Positions 24,969 to 36,256 of a stretch of DNA of 64,000 bases are shown piece after piece. How positions within the stretch are numbered: position 1 is the stretch's first letter; each line of letters starts with the position of its first letter. The notes under the pieces were generated by a model. The model searched no databases. It saw only the letters and a program-made list of their open reading frames with translations, and had not been told where the DNA came from. Source of the DNA: Squalus acanthias (taxonomy: Eukaryota); NCBI GenBank assembly GCA_030390025.1, contig CM059447.1, positions 48,856,001 to 48,920,000 on the forward strand. Direction: 5' to 3'. Both the position numbers and the translations under genes were made by a program.

Positions 24969-27900
24969 CTGTGAGGGAGCAACATGAGAATACAATTCAC
25001 AGAATCATAGAATCATAGAATGGTTACAGCACGGAAGAAGGCCATTCAGCCCGTCGAACCCGTGCCGAATCTCAGCTAGTCCCACTCCCCCGCCCTTTCC
25101 CCGTAGTCCTGCAATTTTTTTTCCTTCAGGTACTTATCCAGCTCTCTTTTGAAAGATAAGATTGAATCTGCCTCCACCACCCTCTCAGGCAGCGCATTCC
25201 AGATCCGAACCACTCGCTGCGTAAAAAAGTTTATTCTTACGTCGCCTTTGGTTCTTTTGCCAATCACCTTAAATCTGTGTCCTCTGGTTCTCGACCCTTC
25301 TGCCAATGGGATCAGTTTCTCTCTAACTACTCTGTCCGGACCCCTCATGATTTTGAACACCTCTATCAAATCTCCTCTCAATCTTCTCTGCTCCAAGGAG
25401 AACAACCCCAGCTTCTCTAGTCTATCCACATAACTGAAGTCCCTCATCCCTGGAATCATTCTCATAAATCTTTTCTGCACCCTCTCTGAGGCCTTCACAT
25501 CCTTCCTAAAGTGCGGTGCTCAGAATTGGACACAGTACTCCAGTTGTGGCCGAAACAGTGTTTTCTACAGTTTCATCATAATTTCCACACTTTTGTACTC
25601 TATACCTCGATTTATGAAGCCCAGGATCCCGTATGCTTTTTTAACTGCTTTCTCAACATGCCCTGCCACCTTCAACGATTTGTGCACATATACCCCCAGG
25701 TCTCTCAGTTCGTGCACCCCCTTTAGGATTGTACCATTTAGTTTATATTTCCTCCACCAGCCTGTTTATGTCCTCTTGAAGTCTATCACTCTCCGCCTCA
25801 CTGTTCACTATACTTCCAAGTTTTGTATCATCTGCAGATTTTGAAATTGTGCCCTGTACACCCACTTCCAAGTCATTAATATATTTCTTCACCCTCCTGC
25901 TCAACTTTATTCTGAGTCAGTATAAGTTTGAATCAAAATGGGAACAACGGGTCTCCCGCCTGAGCGTCTTTAGATTAATTTAAAAACAGGAAACACGAAT
26001 TTAAGAAAAGTTTATGCATTTCCCCTTTTGAATATAATTTCAATTTTACTGATTACAGTGTAAGAATTAATTCAGAAAGATCAGTAATGGGCACCACCCT
26101 CCCTATCTCTGTAACCTCCTCCAGCCCTACAACCCTCCGAGATCTCCGCGCTCCTCCAGTTCTGGCCTCTTGCACATCCCCCGATTTTAATCACTCCACT
26201 ATTGGCGGCCTCGCCTTTAGCTGCCTGGGCCCCAAGCTCTAGAATTCCCTCTCCGCCTCTCTCTCCTCCTTTAAGACGCTCCTTAAAACCGACGTCTTTG
26301 ACCAAGCTTTTGGTCACCTGTCCTCCTTATGTGGCTCGCTGTCAAATATTCTCTAATTTACGCTCCTGTGAATCGCCTTGGGACATTAAAGGCGCTGTAT
26401 AGATACAAGTTGTTCTAAGCAATTCATTGCATGCGAATCGCTTTGGGTCGTTTCCGAGCCAGGCATAACGCGCTGTATTAATGCGAATCTCTCATTAAAG
26501 TAACCACCAACGGACATGTCCATGAATATCAATGAAACGCTTGATACCAGTATAGAATCTTACAGCACAGAAGGGGGCCATTCGGCCCGGCCTGCCTGTG
26601 CCGGCTCGTTGAAATCGCTACCCAATTAGTCCCACTCCTCCCGCTCTCTAATCAAAATAATACCGCTGAGATTCTTCACACCTACCTCGTTTTCTGGGTT
26701 CTTGATTCTTGAATCTGGACCTCGGTCAGTTGTGACTGGACTCTCTGATTTAAGGAGATGATTAGAGTTAAATGTGCAAACTTACACACCAAAGGGACAC
26801 TTTCAGCAAACGGCAAGAGACTCAACTTAGGTTTAGCTTCAGACAGGCAGTACCTGGTTTGCGGGTCTTGCAGCGCCGTCTCGCCGCGAGAATGACCATC
26901 CCCAGCACAAGAAGGGCCGCCGCCAGACTGACGTAAAGCGCGATGCGGCAGGTCGTGCTCCAGAGGGACACTGAACAACAAAGAAATAACTCTGATGAAA
27001 TGAACGAAACACAAACTAATAGCTTACCTTCAGTGACATTCTGAAACCTCGCCTACTGGGATTTGAAGACGTTTTTGCCAGAATCGTTAAACACAAGATG
27101 ATGTCCTGTTCCCTATATCTGCTAATGTAACACCATTATTTAAAAAGGGCAGTCGACAGAAGGCTGGTAACTATAGACCGGTTAGCCTAACATCTGTGGT
27201 AGGTAAAATTTTGGAGTCCATTATTAAGGAAACAGTAACAGGACATTTGGATAATCATAATTTAATAGGACAAAGTCAGCATGGTTTTACGAAGGGGAAG
27301 TCATGTTTGACAAATTTGCTGGAGTTCTTTGCGGAAGTAACATATAGAGTGGATAAAGGGGAACCAGTGGACGTAGTGTATTTAGACTTCCAAAAGGCAT
27401 TTGACAAGGTGCCACACAAAAGATTATTGCTTAAGGTAAAAAATCACGGGATTGGGGGTAATATTCTGGCATGGATAGAGGATTGGCTATCTAACAGAAA
27501 GCAAAGAGTTGGGATAAATGGTTCATTCTCAGACTGGCAATCAGTAACTAGTGGTGTTCCACAGGGGTCAGTGCTGGGTCCCCAACTCTTTACAATCTAT
27601 ATTAACGATTTGGAGGAAGGGACCAAGTGTAACATATCAAAATTTGCAGATGATACAAAGATGGGAGGGAAAGTAGTGAGTGAGGAGGACATAAAAAACC
27701 TGCAAGGGGACATAGACAGGCTAAGTAAGTGGGCAGAGATTTGGCAGATGGAATACAACACTGGAAAGTGTGAGGTGATGCACTTTGGCAGGAAAAATCC
27801 TAGAGCAATTTATTATCTTAATGGCAAGAAACTGGAGAGTACTGAAGTGCAAAGGGATCTGGGGGTCCTGGTGCACGAAACTCAAAAGGTTAGTATGCAG

Positions 27901-30900
27901 GTGCAGCAAGTGATTAAGAAGGCAAATGGAATGTTGGCTTTCATTGCTAGGGGGATAGAATATAAAAATAGGGAGGTATTGCTTCAATTGTACAAGGTAT
28001 TGGTGAGACCGCACCTGGAATACTGCATACAGTTTTGGTGTCCTTACTTAAGGAAAGACATCCTTGCTCTCGAGGCAGTGCAAAAAAGGTTCACTCGGTT
28101 AATCCCGGGGATGAGGGGGTGGTCATATGAGGAGAGGTTGGGTAGATTGGGACTCTACTCATTGGAGTTCAGAAGAATGAGAGGCGATCTTATTGAAACA
28201 TATAAGATTGTGAAGGGGTTGGATCGGGTGGATGCGGGGAGGATGTTCCCGATGACGGGTGAGACTAGAACTAGGGGACATAGTCTTAGAATAAGGGGCT
28301 GCTCTTTCAAAACTGAGATGAGGAGGAACTACTTCACTCAGAGGGTGGTAGGTCCATGGAATATGCTGCCACAAAAAGCTGTAGAAGCTACATCATTAAA
28401 TAAATTTAAAACAGAAATAGACAGTTTCCTAGAAGTAAAGGGCATTAAGGGTTACGGGGAGCAGGCAGGAATTTGGACATGAGTCTAGGTTCGGATCCGG
28501 TCATGGCCCTGTGGGTAGTGGAGCGGGCCCAGGGACTGTGTAGCCTGATTCTGCTCCTATTTCATGTGTGCAATTCTGTTAGATGCAGGAGATGGTTCTG
28601 TGATAGATAGTAGATTGGCGGTTAGGATCAGATCAGCCATGATCTTATTGAATGGCGGAGCAGGCTCGAGGGGCCGATTGGCCTACTCCTGCTCCTATTT
28701 CTTATGTTCTTATGTTCTTAATGCAAGTTGTTCCTGTTGTTGAGATCTCTGCGCTCCTCCAATTCTGGCCTCTTGCACAACCCCCGATTTCCATCGCTCC
28801 ACCATTGGCGGCCGTGCCTTCAGCTGCCTGGGCCCCGAGCTCTGGAATTACCTCCCCAAACCTCTCCGCCTCTCTCTCCTCCTTTAAGACACTCCTTAAA
28901 ACCGACCTCTTTGGCCAAGCATTTGGTCACCTGTCCTAATATCTCCTTATATAAACCCAAGTAAAGCATATGCTTTTTTAACCACCTTATCAACTTGCCC
29001 TGCCATCTTTAAGGATTTGTGTATATGGACATCAAAGTCTCTCTGTACATCGACACTTTCCAAACTCATGCCATTTGTAAAATACTGCCTTTCCATATTA
29101 GTGCTCCCAATATAGCCCGTATTGGAAGCGCAGTCGTTCGGGATGGATTTGGTTCTGGGCTGCTTATATCCAGTATCACTAGAGGAGAATAATAGGATGT
29201 AAACTCTGCTGCCCCGTATCCTAACTCACACCAAGTCCCGTTCACCCATCACCCCCTGTTGCTCGCTTACTTACATTGGCTCCCGGTCCAGCAACGCCTC
29301 GATTTTAAAATTCTCATCCTTGTTTTCAAATCCAAGGCCTCGCCCCCTCACTATCTCTGTAATCTCCTCCAGACCTACAACCCTCCAAGATCTCCGCGCT
29401 CCTCCAATTCTGGCCTCTTGCCCATCCCCCCGATTTCCATCGCTCCACCACTGGCGGCTGTGCCTTCAGCTGCCTGGGTCCTAAGCTCTGGAATTCCCTC
29501 CCTAAACCTCTCCGCCTCTCTCTCCTCCTTTAAGACGCTCCTTAAAACCGACCTCTTTGACCAATCTTTTGGTCACCTGTCCTAATATCTCCTTATGTGC
29601 CTCAGTGTCAAATTATTTGTTAATACTCCTGTGAAGCACCTTGGGACGTTTTACTACATTAAAGGCGCTATATAAATACAAGTTGTTGTTGTTGGTTGTT
29701 GGAGTACTGTGAGCAGTTGAATATTAAGGGAATCAAGGGATATGGAGAAAGTGCGGGACAGTGGAGATGAGGTAGAAGATCAGCCATGATCTTATTGAAT
29801 GGCGGAGCAGGCTCGAAGGACCAAATGGCCGACTCCCGCTCCTAATTCTTATGTTCTTATGTTCTTATGAAGCAGGGGAGATGTGCAGCGACTGATGGCG
29901 AGATAGTCAGGCTAGAAACATGGAGAAATAAATGCAGCAAATGGCCGGCCAAGGAAAAGAGATGTTAAAGTTTCCGTTAGAGCGCTCTAGTCTGGAGGTG
30001 CTTGCAGCATTGGCAACTTTGTAAAATTTTACTAAAGAGAGACAAAGTGTAGTTTAAGATATAAAGCAACAGTTCTGATGCAGCAGTTTAACACTATCAT
30101 TAACTCGTCTCAACTCCAGTTACCTCTCTCAGACGAGACACTTTCACTGATCAGATCCCCAGCCGAGTTGATTGGAACGGCGCAAGTACAGACGGCGCCG
30201 CTGCTCCAAGTTTCCGCCGAGACGCTGATGTGGCTTCTCACGGTGTAGCTCCCGTCCGGGTCCACCGTCCCGGAATCGCTGCGTCCCTCGGTAACCCGGC
30301 CCGAAACCGTCCAGCGGACGGGAAGGGATTCGGGAGACGCGCCTCTCACCAAACACATCAAGGGCACCCGTTCCGACCAGGAAATTTCATTTGGCGGTGG
30401 AGTTAAGAGAAATATATCCGGGGGACCCGCTAAATTCGGAAAATAAAACGGAGGCCGAATTAACAGTAAAACAAGACGCGTTTTAAGTGATGTATAAATG
30501 CACAATTGAGTGAAATAGTTGTGAAGATTACCTGTAATCACTAGCTTGGAGCCATTTCCGAATATTAGGGACTTAGTGTGGTTTGGCGCGGCACAGTAAT
30601 ACAGCCCAGAATCATTTCTCTGGACATTTGCAATGACCAGAGTATAATTACCCGATTTATTACATATCTCGCCGGAAAATCTTCCCTCTGGCCTTACGAA
30701 TTGGGCCACTTTGTAAACGAGCTTTAATTCCTCTCGGTGCCATTGTCTGTACCAGGATACAACGAGACGCTCCATCCTCCCCGTCTGGCATTGCAGTTTA
30801 ACAAGGCTCCCGACAGCAAGCGTCTGAACCGGCGGAGACTGGAACAAGACCGACTGAGACACAACAACTGAGAAGCAGACAAAAAATATTAACAACAAGT

Positions 30901-32281
30901 TGTGGGCCCGAAGCCAACCTCTGGCGGACCCACCTTGATACCGACAAATCCAAAAAAATCCATCTTAAGGAGCATGTCGGCTTCAAAGTTGCGGTGTTGT
31001 TATTGATTGAAATTTCCACTTTGCTGAATATTTTAGTTGCTTTATTAAAGTTAAAGTTGAATGTTAAATTGCACATAGAATCATACAGCACAGAAAGAGG
31101 CCATTCGGCCCATCCTGCCTGTGCCGGCTCTTTGAAAGACCTCTCCAATTAGTCCTATTCCCCCCTGCTCTTTCCCCATAGCCCTGTAACTTTTTTTTCC
31201 TTTTCAAGTAATTATCCAATTCCCCTTTTGAAAGTTACTATTGAATCTGCTTCCACCGCCCTTTCAGGCAGCGCATTCCAGATCACAACAACTCGCTGCG
31301 TAAAAAGATTCTCCTCATCTCCCCTCTGGTTCTTTTGCCAATTACCTTCAAACTCTTTCTTCTGGTTATCGACCCTCCGGCCAAGGGAGACAGTCTCTCA
31401 TTATTTACTCTATCAAAAACCTTCTCTTATTGACTCTTTCCAAACCCTTTTTCTTATTAACGCTACCAAAACCCTTCTCTCTCAAAAGGGGGCTTGACAG
31501 GTTAGGTGCTGAGCGGATGTTTCCCCTCGTGGGGGGATCTAGAACTAGGGGGCATAGTCTCAGGATAAGGGGTCGCCCATTTAAGACGGAGATGAGGAGG
31601 AATTTCTTCTCTCAGAGGGTGGTGAATCTTTGGAATTCTCTACCCCGGAGAGCTGTGGAGGCGGAGTCAGTGAATATATTCAAGGCTGAGATAGACAGAT
31701 CTTTGAGCTACAGGGGAGTCGAGGGGTATAGGGAGAGAGCGGGAAAGTGGAGTTGAGGCCAAGATCAGATCAGCCATGATCTTATTGAATGGCGGAGCAG
31801 GCTCGAGGGGCCGAATGGCCCACTCCTGCTCCTATTCCTTATGTTCTTATGTAACCCTTCTCCTTATTGACTCTATCTTAACTCTTCTCCTATTTACTCT
31901 ATCAAAGACTTCCTCTCGAAAATACTTCTTCACGCAAAGGGCGGTAGAAGTGTGGAACTCTCTCCCTCAAAAGGCAATAGATGCTCAATTAATCATTTTA
32001 AATCTGAGATTGATTGATATCTGTCAGCCAAGGGCACCAAGGGACATGGAGCCCAGGCGGGTGGATGAAGTCCGGATACAGGTCAGCCATGATCTCACTG
32101 AGTGGTGGGACAGGCTAGCCAAGTGTAATCTTTACTCTATCAATTCACTTCTCATTATGGACTCTGTCAAAACCCTTCTCCTTATTGACTCTCTCCAAAC
32201 CCTTCCCCGCTCTCTTAAAACATCGAAGGATATCTCACCTTGGAAGAGATGGCACAGCGTGCAGAGGCCGAAGAAGCTCAT
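24921..32281 (-). CDS. Gene B: non-rearranging antigen-receptor-like IgSF membrane protein (leader-VJ-C1-TM-cytoplasmic ITIM), 302 aa
   Basis: Exons 32281-32239 (MSFFGLCTLCHLFQ), 30867-30532 (VJ), 30429-30124 (C1), 26970-26854 (TM), 26744-26686, 24968-24921 (ILYARLAFGADYTSS*). All introns are GT-AG with phases 1,1,1,1,0 and there is no internal stop. Minus-strand AATAAA at 24746-24751. Confidence 0.87.
25001..25885 (-). mobile_element. CR1 3' fragment in the last intron of gene B
   Basis: ORF 25076-25498 (RGDLIEVFK, FFTQRVV). Confidence 0.85.
26854..26970 (-). CDS. Gene B exon 4: transmembrane exon
   Basis: ttcag|VSLWSTTCRIALYVSLAAALLVLGMVILAARRRCKTRKP|gtactg; extracellular Cys, hydrophobic helix, basic stop-transfer cluster. 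Confidence 0.87.
27115..28720 (+). mobile_element. Young 5'-truncated CR1 with an uninterrupted 428-aa RT ORF, antisense within gene B intron 3
   Basis: ORF 27196-28482 carries QHGF, LDFQKAFD, GVPQGSVLGP and FADD without stops; (TTCTTATG)n tail. Confidence 0.93.
29907..30031 (-). CDS. Candidate alternative terminal exon of gene B (GPI-signal-like tail)
   Basis: Strong acceptor tctctctttag 92 nt after the C-exon donor, in phase 1; encodes VKFYKVANAASTSRLERSNGNFNISFPWPAICCIYFSMFLA*. Confidence 0.4.
30124..30429 (-). CDS. Gene B exon 3: C1-type Ig constant domain
   Basis: PPDIFLLTPP, VPLMCLVRG, VRWTVSG, DGSYTVRSHISV, WSSGAVCTC; 35/62 ungapped identities with the gene A C-domain core (manual count). 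Confidence 0.92.
30532..30867 (-). CDS. Gene B exon 2: V-set Ig domain with canonical J motif FGNG
   Basis: QSVLFQSP, VKLQC, WYRQ, GRFSG, YTLVIANVQRNDSGLYYC, FGNGSKLVIT; very TCR/IgL-like, with V and J in one exon. Confidence 0.95.
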
Positions 32282-32540
32282 TGCCGGTGACCCAGTCGGT
32301 TAAACTCTGAGCCACGGACCGGCAGCTCGCTGAGAAATGGCTTTCGATAGATCGGTGCGAGGGAGGTGTAAAATGCAGAGCGAATTGCGGAAATCATGCG
32401 CTGTGTTTATTAATAAATGTACGATTGGACTGGAAAGCGGTGCCGTGGGTTTCCTGTTTATGCAGGTCAAGTGCCCACACACAGACACACACACGCACAC
32501 AGCATCTGTTTTACAAAAAGCCCCTGGTTTCAACTCATAT
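32282..32540 (-). promoter_or_regulatory. Putative promoter/5' UTR of gene B
   Basis: Non-repeat segment directly 5' of the leader ATG with an ETS-like CAGGAAA, a CCAAT box and an AT-rich box; homologous to 11985-12195. Confidence 0.5.
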
Positions 32541-32677
32541 TAGTTAGACCACACTTGGAGCACTGTGCACAGTTCAGCTCTCCGTATTATAAGAACATAA
32601 GAAATAGGAGCAGGAGTCGGCCATTCGGCCCTTCGAGACTGCTGCGCCATTCAATAAGATCATGGCTGATCTTCTAC

Positions 32678-32830
32678 AGATGGCGATTCTGTATCCAATT
32701 TACTTCACCTGAGGAAGGAGCGATAGCTCCGAAAGCTTGTGATTTCAAATAAAACTGTTGGACTATAACCTGGTGTTGTGCGACCTCTCAATTTTGTCCA
32801 CCCCAGTCCAACACCGGCATCTCCGCATCA
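32678..32830 (+). mobile_element. Penelope-type short insertion with 11-bp target-site duplication
   Basis: TGATCTTCTAC at 32667-32677 and 32831-32841; inserted into a CR1 3' UTR. Confidence 0.75.
32705..32742 (+). ncRNA. Minimal type-I hammerhead ribozyme motif
   Basis: UCAC-CUGAGGA-A-GGAGC gaua GCUCC-GAAA-GC-UU-GUGA: core CUGAnGA/GAAA, paired stems I and II, palindromic AAGCUU. Confidence 0.75.
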
Positions 32831-32842
32831 TGATCTTCTACC

Positions 32843-33810
32843 TCATCTCCACTTTTCTGCACTATCCCCATATCCCTTGATTGCCTTAATATTCAAAAAT
32901 CTATCGATCTCTGTCTTGTATATATTCAACGAGTGATCATCTACAACCCTCTGGGGCAGAGAATTCCAAAGATTCACCACCCTCTGAGTGAAGAAATTTC
33001 TCCTCATCTCAGTCCCAAATGTCCGAACCCTTATTCTGAGACTATGACCCCTGGTTCTAGACTCCCCAGCCAGGGGAAAACAACCTCTCAGCATCTACCC
33101 TGTCAAGCCCTGTAAGAATTTTATATGTTTCAATGAGATCATATCTCATTCTTCTAAACGCTAGAGAATATAGGCCTAGTCTACTCAATCTTTACTCATA
33201 GGACAATCCCCCCAATCCCAGGAATCAGTCTGGTGAACCTTCATTGCACTCCCTCTATGGCAAGTATATCCTTCCTTAGGTAAGGAGACAAAAACTGTAT
33301 ACAATACCCCAGGTGTGGTCTCACCAGGGCCCTATATAATTACAGTAAGACGTCTTTACTCTTATACTCAAATCCTCTTGTAATAAAGGCCAACATACCA
33401 TTTGCTTTCCTAATTGCTTGCTGTAACTGCATGTTAACTTTCAGTGATTCGTGTACAAGGACACCCAGGTCCCTCTGAACACCAACATTTCCCAATCCCT
33501 CACCATTTAAAAAATACTCTGCTTTTCTATTTTTCCTACCAAAGTGGATAACTTCACATTTCTCCACATTATGTTCCATTTGCCATGTTCTTGCCCACTC
33601 ACTTAGCCTGTCTATATCCCCTTGAAGCCTCTTTGCATCCTCCTCACAACTTACATTCCCACCCAGTTTTGTATCATCAGCAAACTTGAATATATTACAT
33701 TTGGTCCCCTCATCCAAATCATTGTTGTAGATTGTGAATAGCTGAGGCCCACGCACTGATCCTTGTGGTACCCCACTAGTTACAGCCTGCCAACCCGAAA
33801 ATGACCTGTT
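32843..33810 (-). mobile_element. CR1 RT/3' fragment
   Basis: GVPQGSV and FADDTKL motifs. Confidence 0.88.
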
Positions 33811-34567
33811 TATTATAAAAAGGATATAGAGGCCCTGGAGAAGGTGCAAATAAGATTCACAAGGATAATACTGGAACTGAGAGTTTATAACTATCAGGAA
33901 AGATTGAACAGGCTGGAACCTTTTTCTCGAGCAAAATGAAGGCTGAGGGGTGACCTGATAGAGGTCTTTAAGATTATGAAGGGGTTCGATAGGGCAATGT
34001 AGAGAAGATGTTTCCTCTTGTGGGGGAGACCGAAACTAAAGGTCCTAAAGATAAGATAGTCACTAATAAATCCAATAGGGAATTCAGGAGAAACTTCTTT
34101 ACCCAATGAGTGGTGAGAATGTGGAACTCGCTACCACAGGGAGTGGTTGAGGCGAAGATTATCGATGCATTTAAGGGGAAGTTAGATAAATACATGAGGG
34201 AGAAAGGGAAAGAAGGATATGGAGATAGGGTGAAATGAAGTAGGATGGAGGGAGGCTCGTGTGGAGCAGAATCACCGGCACGGACCAGTTGATCCAAATG
34301 ATCTGTTTCTCTGCTGTGAGATCTATATATTAAAACACAAATGAAAGGCTACACACAGTTCTAGGCTTTCAAGGGCAGGTAGTTCAGGTGTCGGGGTTAG
34401 GGCAGCCTCTTTGCTTTGTGCAGTGTCCATGATACTGTTCTGAATGTGAAAATGAGCCCTCAGGTAGGTGGCAGAGTAAGGGGAGCACCAGACCTCCCTT
34501 CTTTAATGGCTGGCAAACTGGGCATGTTTGTCATGAATTGGGTGTAACGATGGTCGCCCTGTTTAAA

Positions 34568-35025
34568 GAAAGAAAGACTTGCATTTATACAGCGCCTTTC
34601 ATGACCCCAGAACGTCCCAAAGCGCTTTATAGCCAATGAAGTACCGTCTGACGTATAGCCACTGTTGTAATGAAGGAAACGTGGCAGCCAGTTTCCGCAC
34701 AGCAAGCTCCCCCAAACAGTAATTTGTTAATGACCAGCGATCCTGTAATTTAGTTTTGTTGATTGAGGGATAAATATTGGCCCCAGGGCACTGGGAAGAA
34801 CTCCCCTGCTCTTCTTCGAAATAGTGCCATGTGATTATTTACCCGAGAGGGCAGACGGGGCCTCAGTTTAAAGTCTCATCTAAAAGACTGCACCTCCGAC
34901 AGTGCAGCACTCTCTCGGTACTACACCGGGGGTCTCAGCCTAGATTATGTGCTGAAGTCTCTGGAGTGGGACCTGAATCCACGACCTACTGATAGAGACG
35001 AGAATGCTACAAACTGAGCCTCAGC
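34568..35025 (-). mobile_element. Deu-domain SINE
   Basis: Reverse complement of the SINE consensus seen elsewhere in the window. Confidence 0.75.
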
Positions 35026-36256
35026 TGCCCCTGTTTAGCTCTCCAGGTGCTCTCACCACAAGAGGGCAGAGCACCGTGTCAGGCAAGAGGTGGCAGCCAA
35101 TTTCAGTGCCATGTACTGTACATGCAGGATCTGGGAGCAGGAGGAATATTTGAAGGAAGCTGCCATGATGAGACTATGCTAACACATCGTTGTAATCCAT
35201 AATTCCAAGTAGGACTCAGGCAATGAGACTGGGATCATTAGCACATTAATAGTACTTCAGCGACAAAGAGTCTCCAAACATGGCCTACATACTTACAAAG
35301 AGGCTTCCCACCGGGGCACTGAGAGATGATCGTACCATGCACTTAGCCACGATGGTACAGAATTCCACAGGTTCACCACCCTCTGAGTGAAGAAATTTCT
35401 CCTCATCTCAGTCCTAAATGACCTACCCCGTATCCTGAGACTGTGACCCCTCGTTCTAGACTCCCCAGCCAGGGGAAACATCCTCCCTGCATCCAGTCTG
35501 TCTAGCCCTGTCAGAATTTTATACATTTCAATGAGATTCCCTCTCATTCTTCTAAACACTAGTGAATATAGGCCTAGTCGACCCAATCTCTCCTCATACA
35601 ACAGTCCTGCCATCCCAGGAATCAATCTGGTGAAACTTCGCTGCACTCCCTCTATGGCAAGTATATCCTTTCTTAGGTAAGGAATTTTTGGTACAGAATT
35701 TTCTTTATTCATTCACGGGATGTGGGCGTCACTGGCAAAGCCAGCATTTGTTGCCCATCCCTAATTGTCCTTGAGAAGGTGGTGGTGAGCCGCCTTCTTG
35801 AACCACTGCTGTCCACGTGGTGAAGGTCCCAGTATACTTCTTTGTAGCGGTTTGGTACAACTGAGTGGCTTGCTAGGCCATTTCAGAGGGCAGTTAAGAG
35901 TCAACCACATTGCTGTGGGTCTGGAGTCACATATAGGCCAGACCGTGTAAGGACGGCAGATTTCCTTCCCTAAAGAGCACGAGTGAAGCAGATGGATTTT
36001 TACGACAATCTGGTTGTTTCATTGTCACCATTACTGAACCGTTTAATCCCTTGATGCCTCATTGATCATTGCTTGATGGTCTCTTGGTGTTAAAAACACT
36101 TACATGGTCGGTGCTAATACCTAGTCTACGAGGGCCTTCTCTCGGTGACTTTACGTGCTGTGTCCTAATGAGACCCAGCAGTCACCAGCTTCACACAACA
36201 CACGGGGCCTCGGGGGAGCAGAGTTAAGTTCTTGCCTTTCTAGTTGCGTCCGATTA

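Noticed and set aside
26854-26880. CD8/CD4-type Lck-binding motif in the gene B tail (RRRCKTRK)
   Set aside because: Only one Cys (no CxC/CxH); at most a palmitoylation site.
27028-27110. Extra gene B exon ending at the strong donor AAG|GTAAGC (27027)
   Set aside because: No phase-1 stop-free acceptor found, and the downstream intron would be only 57 nt.
14238-30867. Rearranging Ig/TCR V, D, J segments or a germline-joined Ig light chain
   Set aside because: No heptamer/nonamer RSS seen flanking the V exons and J is already in-exon. The TM plus multi-exon ITIM tails do not fit IgL or TCR, although descent from a germline-joined gene is not excluded.
30110-30898. Single-exon 262-aa protein as given in the ORF track
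   Set aside because: Its apparent signal peptide is the intronic polypyrimidine tract and it reads through a GT-AG intron; a proper leader exon lies at 32281-32239.
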